A stretch of 64,000 bases of DNA from Thainema sp. (GTDB taxonomy: Bacteria; Cyanobacteriota; Cyanobacteriia; Phormidesmidales; Phormidesmidaceae), in NCBI GenBank assembly GCA_052168235.1, contig JBQLZK010000004.1, positions 133,673-197,672 of the forward strand, in the 5' to 3' direction. The position numbers and the translations under genes were made by a program. Below the pieces are notes generated by a model, which saw only the letters and a list, made by a program, of their open reading frames with translations, made no database searches and had not been told where the DNA came from. The stretch's first letter is position 1, and each line of letters opens with the position of its first letter. This document shows positions 10,852 to 21,075 of this stretch, piece after piece.

Positions 10852-11762
10852 ACTCCACTACCCCACACGAAGCGTCCACCAATCAGCAGAACTAGGCCCA
10901 ATACGGCTAACCAGTCTAGCCACTTGAGCCGCAAGCGATGCCACACGACGCGATGCTCATTGGGACTGGTAAAACCGCGCACCTGCATCGCACTAGCGAT
11001 TTGCTCCGCTCTCAGCAGTAAGTTTTCTAGAATCCGCTCCACGATCATGATCCAAACCTGAGCCGCACCACGCAGCCCCAACTTTTTCCAGTTAATGGCC
11101 CGTGTGCGAATGGAGCGCACCATGTTTTGCACTTCTTCCAGCACCAGCGGAATAAACCGCAGCGACAGCGTCAGCGTCAGTGCAATTTCCGTAACCGGGA
11201 TGTTAAATCGTCGCAAGGGACTCATCAAGCTTTCCAGTCCCGCCGTGATTTCTTCTGGGGCCGTCGTCAGCAGGAAGAGGTTGGTGCCATAAATGAGGGT
11301 AAACAGCAGCGTACTGACGCGAATCGCCAGCTCCAACGAGCGCCGATTAACCGTCACTGGTCCCTGTTGAAACAGCACATACTCATATCCAGTTGCAGGT
11401 GGCAGCGTCAGCGAATCAGATACAACTTCAGGATGAAGAAAATTCAGCTCCATGTTAGGCAGTCGAGGCTGATGGCTGACGGCTAGCCCATCAGGTGCGA
11501 TCGCAGTTAGCAAAAACACTAAGCCACCCACAAACAGCAGCCAGCCCATCTGCTGCCGCCAAACCCGCAGCGGAATCCGGGCGCTGATGGTTAAAACGAT
11601 TAGCACAACGACCAAGAAAATGCGCCATTCTGCATTAGCCAACACTGGCGTAATCAGAAAGCTCATCAGCCAAGCCAGCTTAATCCGAGGATCAAGCCGA
11701 TGCAGCCAGCTTGTCGGCTGTTCCAAATAAAGGCCAATTGGCAGCGATCGCAATAAGTCCAT
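10848..11762 (-). CDS. ECF transporter transmembrane T component (CbiQ/Ycf92 family)
   Basis: LHRLDPRIKL, LSLRFIPLV, AMQVRGF. Confidence 0.9.
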   Translation of the reverse strand: MDLLRSLPIGLYLEQPTSWLHRLDPRIKLAWLMSFLITPVLANAEWRIFLVVVLIVLTISARIPLRVWRQQMGWLLFVGGLVFLLTAIAPDGLAVSHQPRLPNMELNFLHPEVVSDSLTLPPATGYEYVLFQQGPVTVNRRSLELAIRVSTLLFTLIYGTNLFLLTTAPEEITAGLESLMSPLRRFNIPVTEIALTLTLSLRFIPLVLEEVQNMVRSIRTRAINWKKLGLRGAAQVWIMIVERILENLLLRAEQIASAMQVRGFTSPNEHRVVWHRLRLKWLDWLAVLGLVLLIGGRFVWGSGV

Positions 11763-11774
11763 GCCCGTCGTATC

Positions 11775-13136
11775 CTATACCCGCGTCGCGCGGTTTGCAC
11801 TACCTCGCTCCACATCTCTCGCCTTCTTACCCCGCCACAGCAGGCGAATCGGTGTACCTTCAAAGCCCAGCGATTCGCGGAACTGACGCTCAACATAGCG
11901 GCGATAGCCATCCCCAAACAGCTTCGGATCGTTGACGAATAGAGCAATCGTCGGTGGCTGGCTGGTAACTTGAGTGCCGTAGTAAATTTTGCCCTGTTTG
12001 CCCTGACGAGTCGTGGGCGGCGTGTGCCAGCTAATCGCGTCTTCCAGAACTTCGTTAATCACAGACGTTGAGATACGCTTTTGATGCTGTTCCGCAGCGG
12101 CATCAACCAAATCGATAATTTTTTCAACCCGCTGCCCCGTTAGGGCGCTGACAAAAATTTTCTCAGCCCAGCCAACAAAATAGAGCTTAGACTCAATCAC
12201 CCGCTGAAAGTCATAAATGGTGTGGGAATCTTTCTCCACAGCGTCCCACTTGTTGACGACGACGACACAGGCGCGACCTTCATCTTCAATCCGTCCGGCC
12301 AGCTTTTGATCCTGTTCCGTCACACCATCTAGGGCATCAATCACTAACAGCACCACGTCAGCCCGACGGATGGCCTTAAACGAACGGTTGACGCCAAAGA
12401 ATTCTGGCCCATACTCAACCTGCTTCTTGCGGCGAATCCCAGCTGTATCAATCAGGCGGTAGATTTGACCATTGCGTTCCACCGTCATGTCAACCGCATC
12501 ACGAGTTGTACCCGAAATGGGGCTAACGATAGAGCGAGTCTCTCCCACAAACGCATTCAGCAAGCTCGACTTACCAACATTGGGCCGACCGACGATCGCA
12601 ACTTTGATTTCTGGATCAACGGTGACTTCATCCGCCGATGGCAACCGCTCAATTACTTTGTCCAGCAAGTCGCCCGTACCGCTGCCGTGAATGCCCGAAA
12701 CTGGATAGGGTTCACCCAATCCCAACTCCCAAAACTGAGCGGCTTGAGTTAAGCCCTGTTCTGGCGACTCGCATTTGTTCACCGCTAAAAACACAGGAAC
12801 AGACTGCTGGCGTAGCCAATCTGCGATCGCTTGATCCAACGCCGTTGGCCCAGACTGTCCATCTACAACGAAGATCGCGACGCTGGCTTCCTGTAGTGCA
12901 GCCATCGCCTGTTCGCGAATGTGGGGCAAAAACTCGGAGTCATCATCAAATACGAGTCCGCCCGTATCAACTACCATAAATTCGCGATCTTGCCAGTAAG
13001 CGGGTCGATACATGCGATCGCGAGTAATCCCCGGTTCGTCAAACACAATCGCATCTTGCACTTCGGCAAAGCGATTAACCAGGGTAGATTTTCCAACATT
13101 TGGACGACCAATAATGGCCACAACAGGCAGCGGCAC
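11775..13136 (-). CDS. der: Ribosome biogenesis GTPase Der (EngA)
   Basis: Two GRPNVGKS P-loops, DTGG/DTAG, NKCE/NKWD, C-terminal KH-like domain. Confidence 0.97.
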   Translation of the reverse strand: MPLPVVAIIGRPNVGKSTLVNRFAEVQDAIVFDEPGITRDRMYRPAYWQDREFMVVDTGGLVFDDDSEFLPHIREQAMAALQEASVAIFVVDGQSGPTALDQAIADWLRQQSVPVFLAVNKCESPEQGLTQAAQFWELGLGEPYPVSGIHGSGTGDLLDKVIERLPSADEVTVDPEIKVAIVGRPNVGKSSLLNAFVGETRSIVSPISGTTRDAVDMTVERNGQIYRLIDTAGIRRKKQVEYGPEFFGVNRSFKAIRRADVVLLVIDALDGVTEQDQKLAGRIEDEGRACVVVVNKWDAVEKDSHTIYDFQRVIESKLYFVGWAEKIFVSALTGQRVEKIIDLVDAAAEQHQKRISTSVINEVLEDAISWHTPPTTRQGKQGKIYYGTQVTSQPPTIALFVNDPKLFGDGYRRYVERQFRESLGFEGTPIRLLWRGKKARDVERGSANRATRV

Positions 13137-13338
13137 GGCGACCTCCTAGCGAGCGCTTAAATATGAGCAGGAACCGCGTTATCAGCAGTTTCCATATCCG
13201 AAACGATCTGTCGGCTGCACTAGAAAACAACAACGGCGGAGTTCTCATTGTATCGTGTCTACCTAGAACCTCGCTGTCTTGTCTGTCATTGTTCGCTTGC
13301 AGTCGAATTCGAGATTAATGTGTCGATTAATTCAATAA

Positions 13339-13422
13339 ACTTTATTGGAAATAAAGTTTTTGGGGTTGGAAATTGTTTTGTAGCGCGGCTCGGCTGCGCT
13401 ACAAAACAATTTCCGATAAAGT
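13339..13422. repeat. Palindromic element (22-bp stem, TCG loop) with 14-bp terminal inverted repeat
   Basis: GGAAATTGTTTTGTAGCGCGGC-TCG-GCTGCGCTACAAAACAATTTCC at 13368-13414 (one G-T pair); ends ACTTTATTGGAAAT / ATTTCCGATAAAGT. Confidence 0.75.
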
Positions 13423-13484
13423 CTAATACATGGTAATGAGGTAGCGTCGTGATTTTGTTCCCATCAATCTTCCTCTAAAATCGC

Positions 13485-14210
13485 CTAAGACACACTCCGC
13501 AATGCTTCCTGCGCTTCTTTACGTAAGCCTGACGAAATCCGAAACAGCTCTTGCCCCGTATGCAAATAGCTGTCGTCATAGTTCATTGTGAAACGCTCTA
13601 GCTCTTCAATGCCATCCTCAAGCTGATTCATGCAGTAATAAAGATGGGCCGCCACACTGGCCACTGTACCCGGATTCGGCATTGACTGGAAAATGCGCTG
13701 GGCATCTTCTAGCTCATGGCGACAGTTCTCCAAATAAGCCTGAAATCCTTCCATAAGCTCATCATCAAACGGATCGGCTGATAGCTCTCGAATCTGCGAT
13801 CGCAGTGGTTTCACAATTCGATCGACACGTTGATTCACAGGCCGATACACCTGCTTAATCCACTGATCAAACTGGGCATCGGCAGCATAGCTGCTCTGAC
13901 GCCGCTGTTGATAGTGAGTCTGCATATCAGCCGTTCGCTGCTGACGGCTACGCTTGGACGTATTGGTCGCAAATCCTGCGGATTCAAGCTGGGCCGACTG
14001 CCAACGATGGCGATCATATTCCGAACGCCGAGCCGGATCGCCCAACACTTCGTAGGCCGCGTTGATCTGCGTAATCCGGTCATGGTCAGAAAACTGGCTT
14101 TGGGTGTCCGGATGAAACCGCTTGGCCAAGCGACGATACGCTTGGCGCACCTCAGCCTGCGAAGCCGAATCTGCAATTTCTAACGTCTGATAATGATTAG
14201 GGAGTGACAT
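13485..14210 (-). CDS. J-domain (DnaJ-like) protein
   Basis: NHYQTL, YRRLAKRFHPD, INAAYEVLGD; start at MSLPN (14210). Confidence 0.9.
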   Translation of the reverse strand: MSLPNHYQTLEIADSASQAEVRQAYRRLAKRFHPDTQSQFSDHDRITQINAAYEVLGDPARRSEYDRHRWQSAQLESAGFATNTSKRSRQQRTADMQTHYQQRRQSSYAADAQFDQWIKQVYRPVNQRVDRIVKPLRSQIRELSADPFDDELMEGFQAYLENCRHELEDAQRIFQSMPNPGTVASVAAHLYYCMNQLEDGIEELERFTMNYDDSYLHTGQELFRISSGLRKEAQEALRSVS

Positions 14211-14348
14211 GATGACTACTTTTGCTGCGAAAAGTCCCAGCACCGAACTGGAGCTGATGTTCTAGCCTTCAAGCCTGCAACATCACCCCTTGTTTATTAG
14301 AACGCGAATTATCCGAATCAACAATCTTGACTTTAGCGAGCAGTCTCG

Positions 14349-15311
14349 CTAGTGGGCAGATACCGGAGCCGCGAGTTCTAAATCTTGAAACAGTGGCGTA
14401 CTCAAATACCGCTCGCCAAAACTCGGCTGCACAACTACAATCAATTTGCCGCGATTCTCTTCGCGACGACCCACTTGAATTGCAGCGCAAAGTGCAGCCC
14501 CACTGGAAATTCCAGACAGTAAGCCTTCTTCTCGTGCTAAACGGCGGCCATATGCGATCGCATCGTCATCAGAGACAACTACAACTTCGTCAATCAGCTC
14601 AATCTTGAGCACATTGGGAATAAATCCAGCGCCAATGCCCTGAATCTTGTGCGATCCGGGCTTACCACCCGATAACACCGGACTGCTAACAGGCTCAACT
14701 GCGATCGCTTTAAAGCTCGGTTTACGAGACTTAAGCACTTCAGCAACTCCTGTAATCGTACCGCCCGTTCCCACTCCGGCAATCAAAATATCAACCTGCC
14801 CGTCGGTATCATTCCAGATTTCCTCTGCGGTTGTTTTACGATGAATCGCTGGATTAGCCGGATTCTGAAACTGCTGCAGCATGTAAGCATCTGGCGTATT
14901 CTCAACGATTTCCTGCGCTCGCTGAATACACCCCGCCATCCCCGCCACGCCAGGCGTCAGCTCTAAATGAGCCCCATAAGCTCGCAGCATCGCCCGTCGC
15001 TCCGAACTCATCGTTTCCGGCATTGTCAAAATTAGCTGATACCCCTTGGCTGCTGCTGCCATGGCCAGAGCAATTCCTGTGTTGCCTGATGTTGGCTCAA
15101 CCAGCGTTGTCTTGCCAGGCGTAATCAATCCTTCCCGCTCTGCTGTCTCAATCATGTTGATGCCAATCCGATCCTTAACAGAAGCAGAAGGATTCATACT
15201 TTCCAGCTTCATCACGATCTGAGCGACACACCCTTCTGCTTGAGGAATCCGATTGAGTTGAACAAGCGGAGTCTGACCAATCAGTTCAGTAATGTTGTTT
15301 GCAATTCGCAT
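14349..15311 (-). CDS. cysK: Cysteine synthase A
   Basis: [36 protein letters not shown]. Confidence 0.96.
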   Translation of the reverse strand: MRIANNITELIGQTPLVQLNRIPQAEGCVAQIVMKLESMNPSASVKDRIGINMIETAEREGLITPGKTTLVEPTSGNTGIALAMAAAAKGYQLILTMPETMSSERRAMLRAYGAHLELTPGVAGMAGCIQRAQEIVENTPDAYMLQQFQNPANPAIHRKTTAEEIWNDTDGQVDILIAGVGTGGTITGVAEVLKSRKPSFKAIAVEPVSSPVLSGGKPGSHKIQGIGAGFIPNVLKIELIDEVVVVSDDDAIAYGRRLAREEGLLSGISSGAALCAAIQVGRREENRGKLIVVVQPSFGERYLSTPLFQDLELAAPVSAH

Positions 15312-15334
15312 GGGAAACTTCTAGGTTAGATGGA

Positions 15335-15772
15335 CTAGATATAGTACATGATGTCCTGACGTTGTTTGGCATCGCGTTTTTCCGCTAAATCCTTTAACGT
15401 GTATTTCTGCAAGACCGATTCAGTTGACTGAATGACTTCTTGCCAAATGTCGCTGATCAAACTGCATTCAGCCGTTGCAATCGTGGCCTGTCTCTCCGCA
15501 AACTTTGCCTCGTAGCCCTCAATACAGCTAACGATATCCAACACCGTGATTGTCCACGGTTCGCGCGCTAACAAATAACCGCCTTTTGCACCTCTTTGAC
15601 TGCGAACTAAACCCGCTCGCCGTAACATGGCTAAGAGTTGCTCCAAATAACGATCAGGAATATTTTGCTGGGCCGCAATCTGACGAATTTGAATCGGCTC
15701 GCCTTTTGCGTAATGTGTTGTCAACTCCATCAAAGCTAAAATTGCGTATTCGCTTTTGCTCGAAAGTTCCAC
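15335..15772 (-). CDS. Rrf2-family transcriptional regulator (CymR-like, upstream of cysK)
   Basis: YLEQLLAMLRRAGLVRSQRGAKGGYLLA; GTG start. Confidence 0.92.
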   Translation of the reverse strand: MELSSKSEYAILALMELTTHYAKGEPIQIRQIAAQQNIPDRYLEQLLAMLRRAGLVRSQRGAKGGYLLAREPWTITVLDIVSCIEGYEAKFAERQATIATAECSLISDIWQEVIQSTESVLQKYTLKDLAEKRDAKQRQDIMYYI

Positions 15773-15883
15773 CCGTGAGCACCAGATACTGCCAATAATG
15801 ATTTTACTAATTCGGTATCAGTATATCCCGGTTCCCCACTGGGGATTGCAGGATTATCATAAGACTTTGCCAAAGTTTGCAAC

Positions 15884-15919
15884 AAAAAAAGAGCAGCCTT
15901 ATGAAAGCAAGGCTGCTCT
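15884..15919 (-). terminator. Rho-independent terminator of the porin gene
   Basis: AGAGCAGCCTT...AAGGCTGCTCT stem followed by a T-run on the minus strand. Confidence 0.8.
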
Positions 15920-15957
15920 GAAGTAATTAACTGAACTTACTTAGGGGTAAATTAGGC

Positions 15958-17697
15958 TTAGAAGCGGAAGGTTGTCCGCAATGAGCCGATAACCGTATCT
16001 TCATTGTCTGAAGAGTAGAATGGGTTGATAATCCAGATAACACCGGGAGTGATGGAGATGTTATCGGTTAGCTGATACTTGTAGAACGCTTCTACCAAGT
16101 ATGTATTGTCCAAACTGTTAATCCCGTCGATGAAAGATAGAGCAGGTCCATAGTTGGGTGTCTGACCACCGTAAATGCCAAGTAGGTTACCTTCTCCACC
16201 AAGGTCAGGGAAAGCCAAAGTTCCGTTCCAAGACCAGACATCAAAGTCACCTGTCTCCAGCAGAATGGCGTTGGTGTAGCTAATTCCACCACCAACCTGA
16301 ACACCGCCAAACTTGAAGTTGACTTGCCCAGCGTAAGTATTACCAACAAGACCACGTGGGGAATTGAGGAATGCTCCGCCAGAGGTGTAGAACAAGTCAC
16401 CCACTTCATCTACACCGGGAAGCAAGGTGCTGCCGCCTGCATAGCTATGAACATAGGTTAAACCAGCATCAATGAAGTCAGACAGGTAGGTCAGCTGACC
16501 AACAGCGCTGTAGTCACCATTGAATAGACCAGCACCCTCGCTAGGATCATTTGCTTCACCTGCGGTGTAACCAAAGTCTAAGCTGAGATTATCAGTTAGC
16601 TGAACGATTGCACCAGCACCAACATCACCGTTATCGAACAAGTCATATTGGACAGGGCCACTGAAGTCATTCAGACCACCACCACCAGAATCATCTAGTG
16701 GGCTGATTGTGCTAGCAACAAAGTCATCAACACCTAGGCTGTTTGCACCAATGATAACTTCAGCCCGCTCACCCAATGGGAAGGTATAGAACAAGTCATC
16801 AAGAACGATATCGTTGCTGGCTCCTGTGCCAAAGGAGAAACCGAATGGATCACTAGAGAGCGCACGCTGATCGCGAGCTTGCAGACGAGTCCGCAAACGG
16901 TCTTCACCAGTGAAGCTGGTGTCCAGGTTTAAACGAACCCGATAACCAAAAGCGACTTCTTCTTCATCACCTGCTGTGCCAACTAAAGGTACAAGTTCGG
17001 TGATGTCTCCGTCGCCATCTAGATCAGTGACATCAGGCCCCCCGAATACGGAAGGATAAAACGCGCTTCCGAAATCTTCTGCGCCGTCGCCATCTAGATC
17101 TGAACCGCCAGGTAGCAGACCAACAAACTCATTGCCTTGGCCACCACCGTAAACGTTGAAGATGACTTCGCCGTTCAATTTGGTTGTGGTGGAGAACTGG
17201 TTGGCTTCCAGTTCAGCAACACGAGATTCCAGAGAATCAACGCGGCCACGGATGACAGCTAAGTCAGCAGCAAACTGGTCTTGCAACTGACGAATGGTTG
17301 CAAGATCTTCTTCAGTTACTCCACCCAGACCGGTAATTTCAAGAATGCGATCCAGACATGCGTTCAAACCAGCGGCAAACTCATAACGAGTCATAGCGCG
17401 GTTACCGCGATAGGTTCCATCGGGATAACCTGCGATACAACCATAACGCTCAACCAGTGACTGGAGAGCCTGGAATGCCCAGTCAGTAGGCTGAACGTCG
17501 GAAAGCTGTGATACAGAGGTCACCTGAGCAACACTGTTGCTTCCCTCTGCACTATATTCATTAATCTGCTCAAGAGAGGTAACGCTGACAGAGCTATCTA
17601 CAGTAGCTTCCTGTGCAACAGCAGATCCAGAAAATGCTAGCGCCGCTCCCAACAAAACTGGGCTGGCCAGCAATGACTTCCAAATTACTTTTGACAT
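15958..17697 (-). CDS. Cyanobacterial outer-membrane porin (SLH + OprB-type barrel; SomA/'iron uptake porin' family)
   Basis: Signal peptide, QVTSVSQLSDVQPTDWAFQALQSLVERYGCIAGYPDG, NQFSTTTKLNGE, C-terminal LRTTFRF. Confidence 0.95.
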   Translation of the reverse strand: MSKVIWKSLLASPVLLGAALAFSGSAVAQEATVDSSVSVTSLEQINEYSAEGSNSVAQVTSVSQLSDVQPTDWAFQALQSLVERYGCIAGYPDGTYRGNRAMTRYEFAAGLNACLDRILEITGLGGVTEEDLATIRQLQDQFAADLAVIRGRVDSLESRVAELEANQFSTTTKLNGEVIFNVYGGGQGNEFVGLLPGGSDLDGDGAEDFGSAFYPSVFGGPDVTDLDGDGDITELVPLVGTAGDEEEVAFGYRVRLNLDTSFTGEDRLRTRLQARDQRALSSDPFGFSFGTGASNDIVLDDLFYTFPLGERAEVIIGANSLGVDDFVASTISPLDDSGGGGLNDFSGPVQYDLFDNGDVGAGAIVQLTDNLSLDFGYTAGEANDPSEGAGLFNGDYSAVGQLTYLSDFIDAGLTYVHSYAGGSTLLPGVDEVGDLFYTSGGAFLNSPRGLVGNTYAGQVNFKFGGVQVGGGISYTNAILLETGDFDVWSWNGTLAFPDLGGEGNLLGIYGGQTPNYGPALSFIDGINSLDNTYLVEAFYKYQLTDNISITPGVIWIINPFYSSDNEDTVIGSLRTTFRF

Positions 17698-17701
17698 ATT
17701 A

Positions 17702-17710
17702 TCCTCACAC
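17702..17710 (-). promoter_or_regulatory. Probable Yfr1 sRNA binding site over the porin RBS
   Basis: mRNA GUGUGAGGA just upstream of the ATG, complementary to the Yfr1 motif ACUCCUCACAC. Confidence 0.7.
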
Positions 17711-18047
17711 CTGTTTCTAAAGAGACTAGGTTACACAATCGAACATTGACGTGGCGGCTTTGCCGCTCCCTATCTCAACACGCTGTTTCGTTAATCAAGA
17801 GCTTAACTTTACAAATACGATTCTATGGTTCGAGCCGTATTACTAAGTTTAAGATGCTTGACGGATACAGCATAACTTCACACTCCGAATTCATCTTAGC
17901 AGAAGCACTTGGAAACGAGTACCCTTTGAACATAAAGATTTTGCGGTGATAAACCATCACATTTATGAATCTCAGGCAATCCTAGACGGTCTAAGTAATG
18001 GGATGACGCAGATTGCCTAAGTGAAGAGCCAAGTGGTGAGGTTGCCG

Positions 18048-18329
18048 TTAAGTCAGGCTAGAGATGGTTTGAGCTATGGCGAAATCAGCTTCAGTCAAGC
18101 CACCTGCATCATGTGATGTCAGCGTAATCGTTACTTTGTTGTAGGAAATTGAGAGATCGGGATGATGTCCTGCGGTTTCGGCTGGCTCAACCAGCTTGTT
18201 GACAAATGCGATCGCATCTACGAAACCATCAAACGTCTTCGTTGTTTGAATCGTTTGCCCCTCTTGAGTCCAACCGTCTAATTTACCGAGCTTATTCGTC
18301 ACTTCTGCTTGAGACAGTAAGTTAGCCAT
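18048..18329 (-). CDS. Pterin-4a-carbinolamine dehydratase
   Basis: AETAGHHPDLSISYNKV, SHDAGGLT. Confidence 0.93.
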   Translation of the reverse strand: MANLLSQAEVTNKLGKLDGWTQEGQTIQTTKTFDGFVDAIAFVNKLVEPAETAGHHPDLSISYNKVTITLTSHDAGGLTEADFAIAQTISSLT

Positions 18330-18429
18330 ATTTGATAGACCTCAAGAATTTGTGTCTTCACTTACTCTAGCGACAATAGAGGTTGAGTTCCACCTACTAT
18401 CATCTATAGGCTGACAGAAGAGTAGAACA

Positions 18430-18735
18430 AGAAAAAAAGCCCTTTAAAAGACTATCCGCTCCCATCCGGGGAAAAGCTTACAAAAGCAAACTCTTCGTTG
18501 GATGGGAGCGGTGTAGCGGATCAACAGGTTGACCAGACTGCCGGAAGGAACTCTAGATTAAACTCAGAACTCGCTCCGAAGAGGAAATCGTTGTTACTTC
18601 CTAGAGAACAGCCCCGGCACACAGCCGGCTCAATTCAACCTGATGACCCTTGCGTTTACTACTATCTTGCATGGGCATCACCTCCTTAATTCCTAACGGT
18701 TGTTGTTCGAACAACATTACCTGTCTACAGGCTTA
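18430..18735 (-). ncRNA. Candidate stand-alone structured RNA (~300 nt) containing a 23-codon sORF
   Basis: Nested stems, G-U pairs consistent only with the minus strand, terminal hairpins plus U7, upstream TGcTATCGT -10-like element; ends approximate. Confidence 0.55.
18601..18672 (-). CDS. Putative small peptide MQDSSKRKGHQVELSRLCAGAVL
   Basis: AAGGAGGTGAT Shine-Dalgarno with GGAGG 8 nt before the ATG at 18672; translation unproven. Confidence 0.35.
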   Translation of the reverse strand: MQDSSKRKGHQVELSRLCAGAVL

Positions 18736-18933
18736 TCGGTACGATAGCACACCTAAATTGGAAACGGGGGAAATACAAATTTATTCCTCGGGGAAAAGTG
18801 GGAAACATCGTCTCGCATTACCTTTCGCAGCAAAGTTAAAGATTGGGAGAAAGAGAACAAGGGAGCAGAGGAGACGTTTACGTAGAGACGCAGGCTCGAC
18901 ATCGCGATATCGACAGCAAACTGGGGTGTGAAA

Positions 18934-18982
18934 TCTAAATAGAGGAGGTGTGATCCGGCAGATCACACCTCCTCTATTTAGA
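18934..18982. terminator. 22-bp perfect hairpin downstream of psbD
   Basis: TCTAAATAGAGGAGGTGTGATC-CGGCA-GATCACACCTCCTCTATTTAGA. Confidence 0.7.
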
Positions 18983-19038
18983 GTCCTTTAACGTTTAGAG
19001 TTTCTAGCGTTTAGGACTGTAGCGTTACCCACTGATGC

Positions 19039-20097
19039 TTATAGCGCATTACCGCGAGGCAGAACCTCCTCAGGGAATACAAAGCTTTCGTGGGGTTGGT
19101 CTTGCGGGGCCATCCAGGCACGGATACCCTCGTTGAGCAGGATGTTCTTGGTGTAGAAGGTCTCAAACTCAGGGTCTTCTGCAGCTCGAACTTCCTGACT
19201 GATGAAGTCATAGGCCCGCAGGTTCAATGCTAGACCTACAATGCCAACCGCACTCATCCACAGACCCGTCACGGGCACAAACAGCATGAAGAAGTGCAGC
19301 CAGCGCTTGTTGGAGAAGGCAATACCGAAAATCTGCGACCAGAATCGGTTCGCGGTCACCATCGAGTAGGTCTCTTCCGACTGGGTCGGGTTGAACGCTC
19401 GGAAGGTGTTCGACGAGTCGCCATCTTCAAACAGCGTGTTCTCAACCGTCGCACCGTGAATTGCACACAGCAGTGCGCCGCCCAGGACACCAGCTACTCC
19501 CATCATGTGGAAGGGATTCAATGTCCAGTTGTGGAAGCCCTGTAGGAACAGCAGGAAGCGGAAGATTGCCGCCACACCGAAGCTGGGTGCAAAGAACCAG
19601 CTCGATTGGCCCAAGGGGTACATCAAGAAGACGGATACGAAAACGGCAATCGGCGCAGAAAATGCGATCGCGTTGTACGGACGTACGCCCACCAGTCGAG
19701 CAATCTCGAACTGTCGCAGCATGAAGCCAATCAGACCGAAGGCACCGTGCAGCGCTACAAAGCTCCACAAGCCGCCGATTTGACACCAGCGTACGAAGTC
19801 ACCTTGAGCTTCAGGACCCCACAGGAACAGCAGGGAGTGTCCCATGCTGTCAGCGGGTGTGGATACCGCGACGGTCAAGAAGTTACAGCCTTCCAGGTAG
19901 GAAGAGGCTAGACCGTGGGTATACCAGGAGGTAACGAAGGTGGTGCCGGTCAGCCATCCACCAATCGCCATGTAGGCGCAGGGGAATAGCAAAAGACCAG
20001 ACCAGCCAATAAAGACGAATCGGTCGCGCTTGAGCCAGTCATCGAGGACGTCGAACCATCCTCGATTGGCTTGCGCCCGTCCCATTGCTATGGTCAT
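19039..20097 (-). CDS. psbD: Photosystem II D2 protein, monocistronic copy (psbD2-type, no overlapping psbC)
   Basis: MTIAMGRA...[16 protein letters not shown]...[10 protein letters not shown]; start at ATG 20097. Confidence 0.98.
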   Translation of the reverse strand: MTIAMGRAQANRGWFDVLDDWLKRDRFVFIGWSGLLLFPCAYMAIGGWLTGTTFVTSWYTHGLASSYLEGCNFLTVAVSTPADSMGHSLLFLWGPEAQGDFVRWCQIGGLWSFVALHGAFGLIGFMLRQFEIARLVGVRPYNAIAFSAPIAVFVSVFLMYPLGQSSWFFAPSFGVAAIFRFLLFLQGFHNWTLNPFHMMGVAGVLGGALLCAIHGATVENTLFEDGDSSNTFRAFNPTQSEETYSMVTANRFWSQIFGIAFSNKRWLHFFMLFVPVTGLWMSAVGIVGLALNLRAYDFISQEVRAAEDPEFETFYTKNILLNEGIRAWMAPQDQPHESFVFPEEVLPRGNAL

Positions 20098-20734
20098 AAC
20101 GGGATTCTCCAAAAATTATGTTTACAAATGAGTTCTCTTCAAACTCAGCAAACGCGCTTAACCCTAATTATTATGATGTCGCGAAAGATGAGTAGAAGTT
20201 TACTTTTCTTTACTATATTGAATTATATGAATAGAGCAAGGATTTTTCATCCCTTTTTTAGGTTTTTCACCACATTTATCTCGAAAGGGCTATACGCCAA
20301 TGGTTGCAAAGGCTTCTGATATGCCTCTATCGATAGGCTGGATGAGTATAAATACTGATACACATTGATTCGCCTTTGTCCACATAAATATTTCTACTCC
20401 AACAAAATTCGGGATTAATCGTGCCTGAGTTAAGCTGCAATCTTGTCTGAAAAACCAGTTCCTGACCCATTGAATTTAAGAATTGAACCTGGTTTTCTCA
20501 TTTTTCTGGTTGCCAGATGGAAAAACAAGTTGTGGTGAGGTGCGATCGCACATCTGCAAGCTATTGCTTGTAAGCTGTCGCTCCGTTATGAGATTTAGGT
20601 GTCGGGTCAACTCCCCAATGCGTTAATGAACGCGCTAATGTAGTTAGGGCATAGTTTTTACTCATTTTGAGCAAAACCAGCCAAATTCCAACCCCAAACT
20701 CATCATCATTATTCGTACTGACGCGACTGTTTTT

Positions 20735-21007
20735 ATGGTTATTATCGACATCACGCTGAAGAATACACCCGTTACGCTATCCATACAGCGGGAAACGGTT
20801 GAAGGGGCTGAAGCCGTTTACGGTGAAATCATGGCAGCTCTCAAGTCAGGTGATCCGACTGTTGTTGAACTAACGTGCGATCGCCAAAAAGACAAAAAAG
20901 TTTGCATCCTAGTTAGCCAAATCTCAGCAGTGCAAATGTCTGAGAAGTCCGGTACGGCAGCATCATCTGGTCGCCCACCCGGCTTCTTTGCGCTGGCTTC
21001 TGAATAG
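20735..21007 (+). CDS. Conserved cyanobacterial small protein (UPF0367-like)
   Basis: IDITLKNTPVTLSIQR...VELTCD...KK; followed by an ABC ATPase. Confidence 0.7.
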   Translation: MVIIDITLKNTPVTLSIQRETVEGAEAVYGEIMAALKSGDPTVVELTCDRQKDKKVCILVSQISAVQMSEKSGTAASSGRPPGFFALASE

Positions 21008-21075
21008 ACCAGCTCTAAATGCTAAATAACCTGTTGGACAACGAAGACTAACGAAGACTGCTGTGAATCAACGTT

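Noticed and set aside
18535..18555. CCGGAAGG as the SRP RNA (ffs) core, or the rod as 6S RNA
   Set aside because: The flanking CAGG...AGCAG of SRP helix 8 is missing, G-U pairs point to the opposite strand, and I see no resemblance to cyanobacterial 6S RNA.
18498..18966. ORF-track ORFs 18498-18689, 18650-18931 and 18781-18966
   Set aside because: No RBS or recognisable motifs; they overlap structured non-coding sequence.
19039..20097. Far-red-light (FaRLiP) psbD paralog
   Set aside because: The sequence looks like canonical D2 and no rfp, apc or psa cluster genes are adjacent.
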